Below, one piece after another: positions 14,211-22,214 of a DNA stretch of 29,263 bases. The position numbers were made by a program, and so were the translations under genes. The notes under the pieces are model-generated. The model ran no database searches and was not told the DNA's origin. It saw nothing but the letters and a program-made list of their open reading frames with translations. This DNA is from a virus (Duplodnaviria; Caudoviricetes): positions 1 through 29,263 of IMG/VR virus record IMGVR_UViG_3300033076_000906; one strand, written 5' to 3'. The stretch's first letter is position 1. The number at the start of each line of letters is the position of its first letter.

Positions 14211-16703
14211 CTACGGCGCCAAGCTGAACGTGATCTCGTGGCGCTGTGCGCTGTCCAGGTAGGGGGCGGTGAAGCCATCCTTCCGCCCCCATGCCGAGAA
14301 CGTGAACGCCGAACCGGGCAGGCCGGACACGAACAGCGACGCGCCGGAGGACGTAGCCCCGTAGTTCGGGTCCGCGTCGATCAGTTCGCGCAGTGCATCG
14401 ACCACCTGCCCCACCGAACCCATGCCCGAGCCGGAATAGAACACCGAGGTGCGCCCGGCCTGGTTCACTTCGATGATGTACTGCGCATTGGCCTCGGCCG
14501 TGCCGGAAAGGTCGAAGCGCACGATCTGCGCCACGCCGGAAGCGGCCGCCTGGGTGATCGTCGCCGTCCAGGTGATGCCCGTCGCCTCCACGTCCGTGCG
14601 GGTGCCGCGCTGCGACCACAGCAGCAGCCGCAGCGGCGTGGCCGCGGTGAGCGCAGATGTGTAGCTGGTGCCCGTGCCGGTGTGGCTTTCCAGCAGCGCG
14701 TCGGTGGTGGCGTGCCGCAGTTCCAGCCGGTAGGAGACGCCGGCCTCTGGACCAATGTTCCCGGTTTCGTCGCCTTCCAGGTTCTGCTGCAGCCGGTTGC
14801 GGTGCGCCCAGCTGATCACCAGCGGCAGCGCGGTGACGGTGGCGGGGTAGGCCTGGCCGTTGATGCGCACGCGCCCGGGCGGGAACGGCTTCCCGGCGTC
14901 GCCCTGGATCTCGAAAGCATCTGTCGGGGCGCCGGCCTCGGAAAGCTGCCCCAGCCCGGTGCGCGGCAGCAGGCGCACGTCGATCGACTGCCCGGCGATC
15001 CGCTCGATCCCCTCCGCGGCCAGGTACCCGTCCAGGAACACCACCCAGGCGCCTGCAGCGTGCGTGGCCGCCACGGTGCCGCACACGCCGCGGCCCATGG
15101 ACAGCGCACCGGTGTCGGCGTTGAACGAGTCCACGCGGATGATCTCAGCTCCGATCTGCGCATAGGTGCCGGCTTCCACCAGGCTGCCAGCGCGCAGCGT
15201 GGTGATGGTGCATGACGACGCCCCGGGGGCGATCTGCGCGACCAGCTGCCCGGCCGGGGCGAACGGCCCGCGCGCGCGCTCCTCGAACGCCTCGCCGGGC
15301 CCCTGCCGCGTCACCAGGGCGTAGTCCATGCAGTCGCGCGACGGCGCAACCGCCGAGGTAATCAGGTACCCGGCGTCATCCGAAAGCGTGGAGGCCGAGG
15401 AGTAGCCCAGCTCCTGCTGCAGCTCGTAGAACGTGGCCTCGCGCACCACCCGCACCGCCGCCGCGGCCGGTGGGTTGCGTGGGTCCGTCCACCCGATCGG
15501 CTGCTGGGCGGCGTAGGCTGCTGCGGGCATGCCGAACACGTCCTCGGCGGCCTCGATCTCGATCGCGCCCTCGGACAGGGTGCCCAGGTCGATCTTGAGC
15601 ACCCGCAGGCACAGCTGCGAGACGCCCAGGCGGGGCCAGCTCAGGCGGAACACCTCGCCCGGCTGCATGTTCCACGCGCTGCGGTCTACCCGCAGGCGGG
15701 CCCGGGCTAGCGGCGTGGAGATCGCGCGCAGATCGCGCATGGCCAGCCGCGTGGCGAGTTCAGCCGTGGGCGCGCCTGGGTAGTTCCGGCCCTGCGTCAC
15801 CACCCCGCCCTGCGCCGTCACGTTCGCCAGGTTCTGCACCGCGATGCTGCCCTGCCGGCCGTTGGCCACGTCGTCGAACTGCACACTGATCTCGTTCACC
15901 GCGTCCGTGATCGCCGGCCGCTCGAAGCTGATCAGCTGCAGGATGTTGTCCTCGTCGAACAGTGGCAGCGTGCCGGGGTCATACCCGCCGCGGATCAGGC
16001 GCAGCTCGAACAGCCCCGTGCGCCGGTCCTGCACCAGGTTCGCGCCGGCGTGATCCAGCACGATGCGCACGAACTCGTCGATCGGCTCCTGCCGCAGCCA
16101 CTGCATGCACAGGCCCAGGCCTTCCGCGTGGAAGGTGTCCGCCGCGGCCTGGAAGTTCGGGCCGTTGAACAGGCCGGAGCTGTAGCCCATGCCCCACTCG
16201 GGGTTCGTCATCGCCTCGTAGACGATGTGCGCCGGGTTCATCGCAAGCAGCCCGCCGCCCATGTCGATCGCTGCCTTCGCCGGGTACCACGGCGCGCCGC
16301 CTTGCCACCCGCTCACGATGCGCCGGGCCTTGGCCGCCACGGCCTTCAGGTAGGGGTTGTTCGAGGCCAGCCGGCAGCGCCGAAACACCAACCCGAAAAG
16401 CCCCCTGTAGGCCGGCTGCGGGTTCCCCTGGATTCCCTGCAGGTAGTCGTTCGGTCCCTGCGCCGGCTCGCCCATCATCACGTCCACCTGGCCGACGATG
16501 CCGCCCTCCTTCTCGTCGCCCCCGTACAGGTCCGGGGCGTCGATCGTGATCAGCTGCGAGCTGGTGACGTTGCCCGTCCACGCCGTGCGGTCGCCGCCCC
16601 GGAGCTCCAGCAGCGCGTCCACAGGGCCAGCGCTGAAGATCATGTGAAGGCCCAGCTTGTAGCGGTACCCCACCGTGACGGTCTTGCTCCCCGCACCCAT
16701 CAC
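14211..16703 (-). CDS. Tail tip / central tail protein (D3112/GTA-type phage tail protein)
   Basis: GYRYKLGLHM, APDLYGGDEKEGG, PAYRG, NNPYLK, MNPAHIVYE, QPGEVFRL, RGVCGT; last gene of the tail operon. Confidence 0.9.
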   Translation of the reverse strand: MMGAGSKTVTVGYRYKLGLHMIFSAGPVDALLELRGGDRTAWTGNVTSSQLITIDAPDLYGGDEKEGGIVGQVDVMMGEPAQGPNDYLQGIQGNPQPAYRGLFGLVFRRCRLASNNPYLKAVAAKARRIVSGWQGGAPWYPAKAAIDMGGGLLAMNPAHIVYEAMTNPEWGMGYSSGLFNGPNFQAAADTFHAEGLGLCMQWLRQEPIDEFVRIVLDHAGANLVQDRRTGLFELRLIRGGYDPGTLPLFDEDNILQLISFERPAITDAVNEISVQFDDVANGRQGSIAVQNLANVTAQGGVVTQGRNYPGAPTAELATRLAMRDLRAISTPLARARLRVDRSAWNMQPGEVFRLSWPRLGVSQLCLRVLKIDLGTLSEGAIEIEAAEDVFGMPAAAYAAQQPIGWTDPRNPPAAAAVRVVREATFYELQQELGYSSASTLSDDAGYLITSAVAPSRDCMDYALVTRQGPGEAFEERARGPFAPAGQLVAQIAPGASSCTITTLRAGSLVEAGTYAQIGAEIIRVDSFNADTGALSMGRGVCGTVAATHAAGAWVVFLDGYLAAEGIERIAGQSIDVRLLPRTGLGQLSEAGAPTDAFEIQGDAGKPFPPGRVRINGQAYPATVTALPLVISWAHRNRLQQNLEGDETGNIGPEAGVSYRLELRHATTDALLESHTGTGTSYTSALTAATPLRLLLWSQRGTRTDVEATGITWTATITQAAASGVAQIVRFDLSGTAEANAQYIIEVNQAGRTSVFYSGSGMGSVGQVVDALRELIDADPNYGATSSGASLFVSGLPGSAFTFSAWGRKDGFTAPYLDSAQRHEITFSLAP

Positions 16704-16924
16704 GCACCCCCTGCAGCTTCAGCCCTGGCCAGTTCGGCCGCGCGCAGCGCCATGGCATCGCCGGTGGCCTCGATCACGCTGGCCGGCAGGCCCTCGCGCA
16801 CGAAGGTCCGCAGGTCGAGGCGGTGCCGGGCGAAGAACGAGCGCACCCCGGGCGCGCAGTAGGTGCGGCCGTCCACGCCGATGCAGTGGCGCAGCCGCAC
16901 GATCGGATCCGCGGGCGCCGTCAC
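16700..16924 (-). CDS. Small tail-tip assembly protein
   Basis: YCAPGVRSFFARHRLD..FVREG..ATGDAMA pattern seen in D3112-like tails; GTGA-coupled. Confidence 0.75.
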   Translation of the reverse strand: MTAPADPIVRLRHCIGVDGRTYCAPGVRSFFARHRLDLRTFVREGLPASVIEATGDAMALRAAELARAEAAGGA

Positions 16925-17157
16925 TTCTTGCCGCCCTTCTTGCGGATCGGCTCGCTTTCCAGGTCGCCGTACCACACCACGTTCGGCCCGGTGATCCAGA
17001 CCGTACCGAAGATCACCGGCACGGCGCGCCCCTCCTCTGCGGTGGGGGCGTCGAAGTCGGCCAGCGCGGCAGGCTTCGGGGGCTTCGGCTTCGGCGCCAG
17101 CGCCATGGCCACGACACTGGAGACGATCAGAACGGCCAGGTAAACGAAGATTTCCAT
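16921..17157 (-). CDS. Small tail assembly protein
   Basis: Hydrophobic N-terminus, PTAEEGRAVPVIFGT..PNVVWYGD..KKGGKK. Confidence 0.85.
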   Translation of the reverse strand: MEIFVYLAVLIVSSVVAMALAPKPKPPKPAALADFDAPTAEEGRAVPVIFGTVWITGPNVVWYGDLESEPIRKKGGKK

Positions 17158-17164
17158 GGTGGCC

Positions 17165-17977
17165 TCAGAAGATCGGGTCGCCGCCGAAGGGGTTCTTCTG
17201 CGGCCAGTAGGGAAAGCCGCCGTAGTTCGGGGCGTTGGAAAACTTGGCGTCGCAGGTCGCCATGGTGTGGTCACACCCGGGGTACAGGCTGATCTCCATG
17301 CTGGCGGCCAGGCCGTAGGTGCTGCCCACGATCGTCAGCACCGCGCCCACGTGCGATTCAATGAAGCGCCGCTCCATGATGCCGGTGGCCACCTCCCATT
17401 CCAGGTAGCCGCCGGCCAGCGCCCCGTCTGCCAGGCTGTCAGCCTGCGGAACCAGCACCGTGCCGGGCGTCACCGCGTCGATCGTGGCCGCGATCCGCCG
17501 GCTGGTGCTGTTCACCCCGCAGGCCGGCCCGTACAGCACGTGAGGGCACTGCCGCTGGAACACCCGCCGCAGGCCGACGCGGCGCATGGAGGTGGACACC
17601 GGCTCGCACTGGATGCGTGCCACCATGCCCTCGAAGGACACGCCCAGGATCCGCCCCGTCCACAGTGCGGCCAGCTCGCCGTCGCCTTCGTGGTACTGCT
17701 GTATCAGCACGGTGACCCCGGTGGTTGGCGGCGCCACGCGGAACAGGTCCGCCACCGGCAGATCCCGCGGCGCGGTGATGGTGATGGCCGCGCGGGCCTT
17801 CTCGCTGGTGGCCTCGATCGCTGAACGGCTGATCGGCCGCGGCGCGAAGGACTGGCCGCCCGCCACCACGGCCCGGTCGGCGCTGGTGTACCGCCAGGCC
17901 AGGTAGTCCCGCGCGAAGGTGTAGAGCTCAACGGGCCGGCCCGTGGCCTCGCCTGTCTCGGCCGCCTCATAGGTCAT
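17165..17977 (-). CDS. BR0599/DUF2163 family tail hub protein (gpL-like, Cys cluster)
   Basis: PVELYTF, QRQCPHVLYGPACGV, PGCDHTMATCDAKFSNAPNYGGFP. Confidence 0.9.
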   Translation of the reverse strand: MTYEAAETGEATGRPVELYTFARDYLAWRYTSADRAVVAGGQSFAPRPISRSAIEATSEKARAAITITAPRDLPVADLFRVAPPTTGVTVLIQQYHEGDGELAALWTGRILGVSFEGMVARIQCEPVSTSMRRVGLRRVFQRQCPHVLYGPACGVNSTSRRIAATIDAVTPGTVLVPQADSLADGALAGGYLEWEVATGIMERRFIESHVGAVLTIVGSTYGLAASMEISLYPGCDHTMATCDAKFSNAPNYGGFPYWPQKNPFGGDPIF

Positions 17978-19637
17978 GCTGGAACCCCTTGAACACCAGC
18001 GGCACGTCGGCCACCTCTCCAGTCCAGAACGCCAGCTCGGCCGCGTCGCTATCCAACCGCATCAGGGCCAGGAACGACACCTGGACAATCTCGGCCGGCT
18101 GCACCGTGCGGCCCAGCGCCGCGTCGATCGTCAGCCGTTCCACGGTGGTGCTGATCTGCGCCGAGCCGGTCACGCGCCGGTAGAGGACCGTGCCGTCCTG
18201 CAGCTGGATGCGCAGATCGCGCCGCCCCGTGGCCTGGGCCACCTGACGCACGTAGTCCATATGCCGCACTTCCACCGCGGTGGCCGCCAGGTCGATCTGT
18301 GCCACCACCACCAGGTCATCCGCCCAGGTCGGCACCCACAGCGCCCGGTGCCTGCCGCGCAGCCAGTACAGCAGCCCGCGCATGGCCGTCACCTCGGCCA
18401 GGCTGGCCAGCGTCCACCACATGCGCTGGCGCACGAACGGCACGCCCGCCTCGTCCTCGTAGGCGGGCAGGGACACCCCATTGTCCAGCTCGCCCACCTT
18501 GCGCTCCAGCGCCCACTCGGGCGCTGCCGTCCAGTTCGGGCGCCACTCCAGAACCGGCGCGCCGCGGTAGGTGGCCGCCGGTGCCGTGGCTTCGTGATCC
18601 ACCGGCTCGGCCACCGAGAAGGCCAGCCGCATGCCACCGGCCTGGCCGCTCCACCGGGCCAGCGCCGCGTCGCCGTCGATCCGCGCCTCGCGCGCGGGCC
18701 ACACCGTGGTGCCAGCTGGCCAGGTGGAGGCCAGCGGCCGCGCCAGCGCCACCCGATCGGCCAGCACCTCCTCCACCTCCACCACCTCGAAGGTGCGCGC
18801 GTCGTGCAGCAGCACCAGCAGCGAGCCGGCGGCGAAGTCGCGGCCCGCCGTCTCCAGCATGATCTGCAGGCCGCCGGCTGCCACCGGGGCGGCGAGCTGC
18901 TGGCCGTCCTGCCACACCGGCAGAGCCCAGGTGCGCGCGCCCCATCCGAAGATCACCGCCTCGGCATACCGGCGGTCGTCGTCCAGGAAGAACACGTCGA
19001 ACTCGGCCGCCTTGCGCGGCGCCAGGCGCAGGGCCCGCCGCTGCTCGCGCCCGCTGTAGGCGCGCAGGATGTCGGTGCGCCACTCGAACCGCTCCACGAT
19101 CCCGCTGCTCCAGTCTGGAACGAAGGACCAGGCGGTGATGCGGCTGCCTGTCAGGCGCACCACGCCGTCCGCCGTCTGCCAGTCGAAGGTGTAGCTGGCC
19201 TCGATCGTGCCCGGCCCATCGGTGCCCACCGTGAAGGTGTAGGTCAGCTCGAGCAGCGGCGAATAGTCGAACGGCAGCCCGGGGTGGCCGCCGGTGACGG
19301 TGATCCCCTCGTCGTTGGCCGGCGTGAACGCCAGCAGCCGCTCGGCCCGCCGGTGTGCGTTCCACACCGTGAGCGCCACCTGCTGCTGCCCGATCACGTT
19401 ACCCAGCTCGTACAGCACCCAGCTGTAGTGCACGCGGTCGAAGAAGTCGAAGCCAAAGGTCGGCACCGCGTCGCCCGGGTGCAGCGGCTGCTGAACGTCC
19501 AGCAGCGGATCGGTGCGCGCCGGCCCGGCCGGAACCGCCGGCACTGCCACCAGGCTGGCAGCCGTGAAGACGGCCGGGCCCAGGCTGGTGAAGGACCAGC
19601 CGGCAGGCCCGCCGATCGGCGCCAGGGATGCGCTCAT
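17967..19637 (-). CDS. Tail structural protein (distal-tail-like)
   Basis: PDWSSGIVERFEWRTDI..EQRRALR..PR, LRGRHRALWVPTW, RLDSD; synteny. Confidence 0.8.
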   Translation of the reverse strand: MSASLAPIGGPAGWSFTSLGPAVFTAASLVAVPAVPAGPARTDPLLDVQQPLHPGDAVPTFGFDFFDRVHYSWVLYELGNVIGQQQVALTVWNAHRRAERLLAFTPANDEGITVTGGHPGLPFDYSPLLELTYTFTVGTDGPGTIEASYTFDWQTADGVVRLTGSRITAWSFVPDWSSGIVERFEWRTDILRAYSGREQRRALRLAPRKAAEFDVFFLDDDRRYAEAVIFGWGARTWALPVWQDGQQLAAPVAAGGLQIMLETAGRDFAAGSLLVLLHDARTFEVVEVEEVLADRVALARPLASTWPAGTTVWPAREARIDGDAALARWSGQAGGMRLAFSVAEPVDHEATAPAATYRGAPVLEWRPNWTAAPEWALERKVGELDNGVSLPAYEDEAGVPFVRQRMWWTLASLAEVTAMRGLLYWLRGRHRALWVPTWADDLVVVAQIDLAATAVEVRHMDYVRQVAQATGRRDLRIQLQDGTVLYRRVTGSAQISTTVERLTIDAALGRTVQPAEIVQVSFLALMRLDSDAAELAFWTGEVADVPLVFKGFQHDL

Positions 19638-20611
19638 GGCACGATGCGGTAGGCGTAGCCGTAGGTGCCGGAGTTCTCAACACCCGGGGGGCCGTTCTTG
19701 CGGATGACCGGGAACACCTTCCACTGGTCGGAACCGATCGTCAGGGTGTCGCCGGCTGCCAGGTTGTCGATGCGCAGCACCCGCAGATCGTGCGGGGTGC
19801 CGACGATTGAGCGCTGCACGTCGCTGCTGTTGCGCGACACCAACACCATGGGCGGCACCAGGATGGCGCGGCCGGTGAGTTGCGACGGCGCCATGCTCAT
19901 CAGCCCATAGCCCAGCTGCCCGGCATCCGAGGAATCAATCCGCCACCCGCCATAGGCCCGTTCCGCCACGTTGCTGGTGCCGAAGTTCATCTTGCAGTAG
20001 CGCGGCGAAACTGAATCGCTGTCGGCCCTGATGATCCCGCCGGCCTGATAGGCTGAACTGTCCTCGTAGCCGTCGAAAGGCACGCTTCCGGCGGTCTGCT
20101 GGTTGACGGCGTTTACCTGGTAGTCCCACAGCAGCGCGCACGCATACGCCGCCACGCCAGATGCCGCCACGCGGTCAAAGTGGCCGATCATCATGTGTGA
20201 GAAGCGGCCCGACGCCACCTCCACAGCCACGTGCAGGTAGGCCTTCGAGCTGTCCGTGAAGAAGTGGTATCCGACGTAGGGGCCGCCCAAGTTGTTGGCA
20301 GTGGCCAGCGCCGAACGGCCCGCCTGCAGGTCGGTTCCATTGGACGCCACCCACGGGCCGGGGTACATGTAGGCGCAGAGGAATGGGCCGGGTGCCCGGC
20401 CCAGGCTGGGCGTCGCAGTGGAGTGGTAGATCACCCAGCTGCACCCGGCCTTCGTGATCGCCAGCGCGTTCAGCCCGTTGCCCTGGCTACCGCCGCCGGC
20501 GTTCGTGCGCACGCCGCTGTAGTCCACCGTCCAGCCGTTGGCCAGGGCGAACACCCGCAGCTTGTCCAGCAGATCGTTCGGCCCTGTGGCCGTGGCTGTT
20601 TCGTATGCCAT
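19634..20611 (-). CDS. Virion structural protein
   Basis: MAYETATA..DLLDKLRVFALANGW..GDTLTIGSDQWKVFP..GYAYR; D3112-like post-TMP gene. Confidence 0.8.
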   Translation of the reverse strand: MAYETATATGPNDLLDKLRVFALANGWTVDYSGVRTNAGGGSQGNGLNALAITKAGCSWVIYHSTATPSLGRAPGPFLCAYMYPGPWVASNGTDLQAGRSALATANNLGGPYVGYHFFTDSSKAYLHVAVEVASGRFSHMMIGHFDRVAASGVAAYACALLWDYQVNAVNQQTAGSVPFDGYEDSSAYQAGGIIRADSDSVSPRYCKMNFGTSNVAERAYGGWRIDSSDAGQLGYGLMSMAPSQLTGRAILVPPMVLVSRNSSDVQRSIVGTPHDLRVLRIDNLAAGDTLTIGSDQWKVFPVIRKNGPPGVENSGTYGYAYRIVP

Positions 20612-20614
20612 GCG

Positions 20615-22210
20615 TCAGTCCAGGCGAACGGCCGCGAAGTCGGCCGCGGTGGTGCGGAATAGGTCGTTCACGATCAGGTGATCGAATCCCTCATAGCGGA
20701 TCACCGCCTGCGGGGCGGTGCCAAAGCCGCTGGTCCAGTACAGGCCGTCGAATTCACCCCAGCCGTGTGCCTGCACCAGCCCATTCTGCGGCGAGAACAG
20801 CACGCACGGCAGCAGGCTCCGCGATCCGTCGATGTTGGCGACGATCCGGCTCATGCCAAGGCTGGTGTAAGCCCCGGACCACCGCGGCCACACATGCCCG
20901 CAGGGGGCTGTGTTGGCCACCGGGTTGCCGTCCGAGGACGACACCATGTTCACGAACTCCAGCCATGCCGCCGATGGCATGTAGGCAACGGTCGAAGACT
21001 CCCCCGGGGATGGGGAGGAGCTCTGCGCGCCCGGGTTCCATGGCCCGCGCACGTAGTTCCAGTTCACGCTGAAGCGCTGCCCGGATGCGCCGGTGGTGGC
21101 CGCGCAGATTGCGGGATAGGCGTGCGCGCTGGGCGGTTCGTAGGGGAAGCCGTGGCCGATGTAGGCCACCTGCATCAGCCCTTGGAAGATCGTCACCATC
21201 ATCGCGCGCTGGCCGTTCACCACGAACCAGTAGCCGATGGGGGTGGTGCCCAGCAGCATGCGCCGCGCGCCGCTGTGGCCCGTCTGCGCGCTGTTGGGCT
21301 GGTTCGCCACCCACTGCCGCGCCACCGCGAAGGCAGCATTCCAGATGTCGCTGCCGGTGACCCATTCGGTGCCGGCCATGCACACGATCTGCCGCGTCCC
21401 GTCGAGGCCGGGGGCCTGCCACGCCAGCTGGTAGCCCTCCACCGGCATGTCGGGATCCGCACCGGCCAGGTTGGTGAACATCCGCAGCTGCGCGATCTCG
21501 GTCGATCCCGTCGCGCCGCTCATTTCCAGGCGCCAGTACAGGTGTGCGCCCGGGTCGCTGGCCGTCGAGAACTGCACGGCCAGGCGGGCGGTCCACGCCT
21601 GGGTCCAGGTTTCCGCCGTCGTCCACGGGTCGCCCGGGGCGTCCTTGTAGCGCAGCGTCCAGCTGGTCGGCATCCGCGATTCGGTGCTGGAGGCCTGCGC
21701 CAGCACGCGCCGCACCTTCGTGGCCGCGGCCATGGTGATGTCGATCGAGGTGCTGGTGCTTGCGCTGGTGGCCACCGTGCTGGAGGCCGCATCGAGCACG
21801 TTCTCCCACGTCTGCAGGCTGGTGGTGATGCTTCGACTATCGGCCCACCCCATGCGGCGCAGCCTCTGCCAGGGCGGCGCGGTGTTGATCGTCCACACGT
21901 CGCCCGCCTGGTAGGCCGTGCCGCCGGCGGTCAGCGTGAACGCGATCTTCGCGCTGGTGTAGGGCGTGCCCACGGTGGCGTTCGCCAGGGCCCCGCTGAC
22001 CGAGCCGACGACGCTAAACGTCGTCGCGTTCGTAGCTGTCAGGGTGAACGTCTCGGCCACGCTGGTGGCGGTGCCAAGGTAGGCCGTCAGGTCGCCCGTG
22101 CCTGCGCCGGTGAAACTCTTCCCCCAGGCGTGGCCGGTGGCGCAGAGGAAGGTGTCCAGCTTGTTCAGCAGGTCCACATAGTCGCTGGCGGTGCCGATCT
22201 GTGTGCTCAT
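20615..22210 (-). CDS. Virion structural protein with inserted domains
   Basis: Shares N-terminal (GTA..DLL.KL..F) and C-terminal (GEFDGLYWTSGF) patterns with this family, but is about 200 aa longer than its neighbour. Confidence 0.8.
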   Translation of the reverse strand: MSTQIGTASDYVDLLNKLDTFLCATGHAWGKSFTGAGTGDLTAYLGTATSVAETFTLTATNATTFSVVGSVSGALANATVGTPYTSAKIAFTLTAGGTAYQAGDVWTINTAPPWQRLRRMGWADSRSITTSLQTWENVLDAASSTVATSASTSTSIDITMAAATKVRRVLAQASSTESRMPTSWTLRYKDAPGDPWTTAETWTQAWTARLAVQFSTASDPGAHLYWRLEMSGATGSTEIAQLRMFTNLAGADPDMPVEGYQLAWQAPGLDGTRQIVCMAGTEWVTGSDIWNAAFAVARQWVANQPNSAQTGHSGARRMLLGTTPIGYWFVVNGQRAMMVTIFQGLMQVAYIGHGFPYEPPSAHAYPAICAATTGASGQRFSVNWNYVRGPWNPGAQSSSPSPGESSTVAYMPSAAWLEFVNMVSSSDGNPVANTAPCGHVWPRWSGAYTSLGMSRIVANIDGSRSLLPCVLFSPQNGLVQAHGWGEFDGLYWTSGFGTAPQAVIRYEGFDHLIVNDLFRTTAADFAAVRLD

Positions 22211-22214
22211 GGTG

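Noticed and set aside
14211-16703. Diversity-generating retroelement or invertible tail cassette
   Set aside because: No reverse transcriptase, invertase or duplicated TR/VR segment was noticed by eye; a self dot-plot would confirm.
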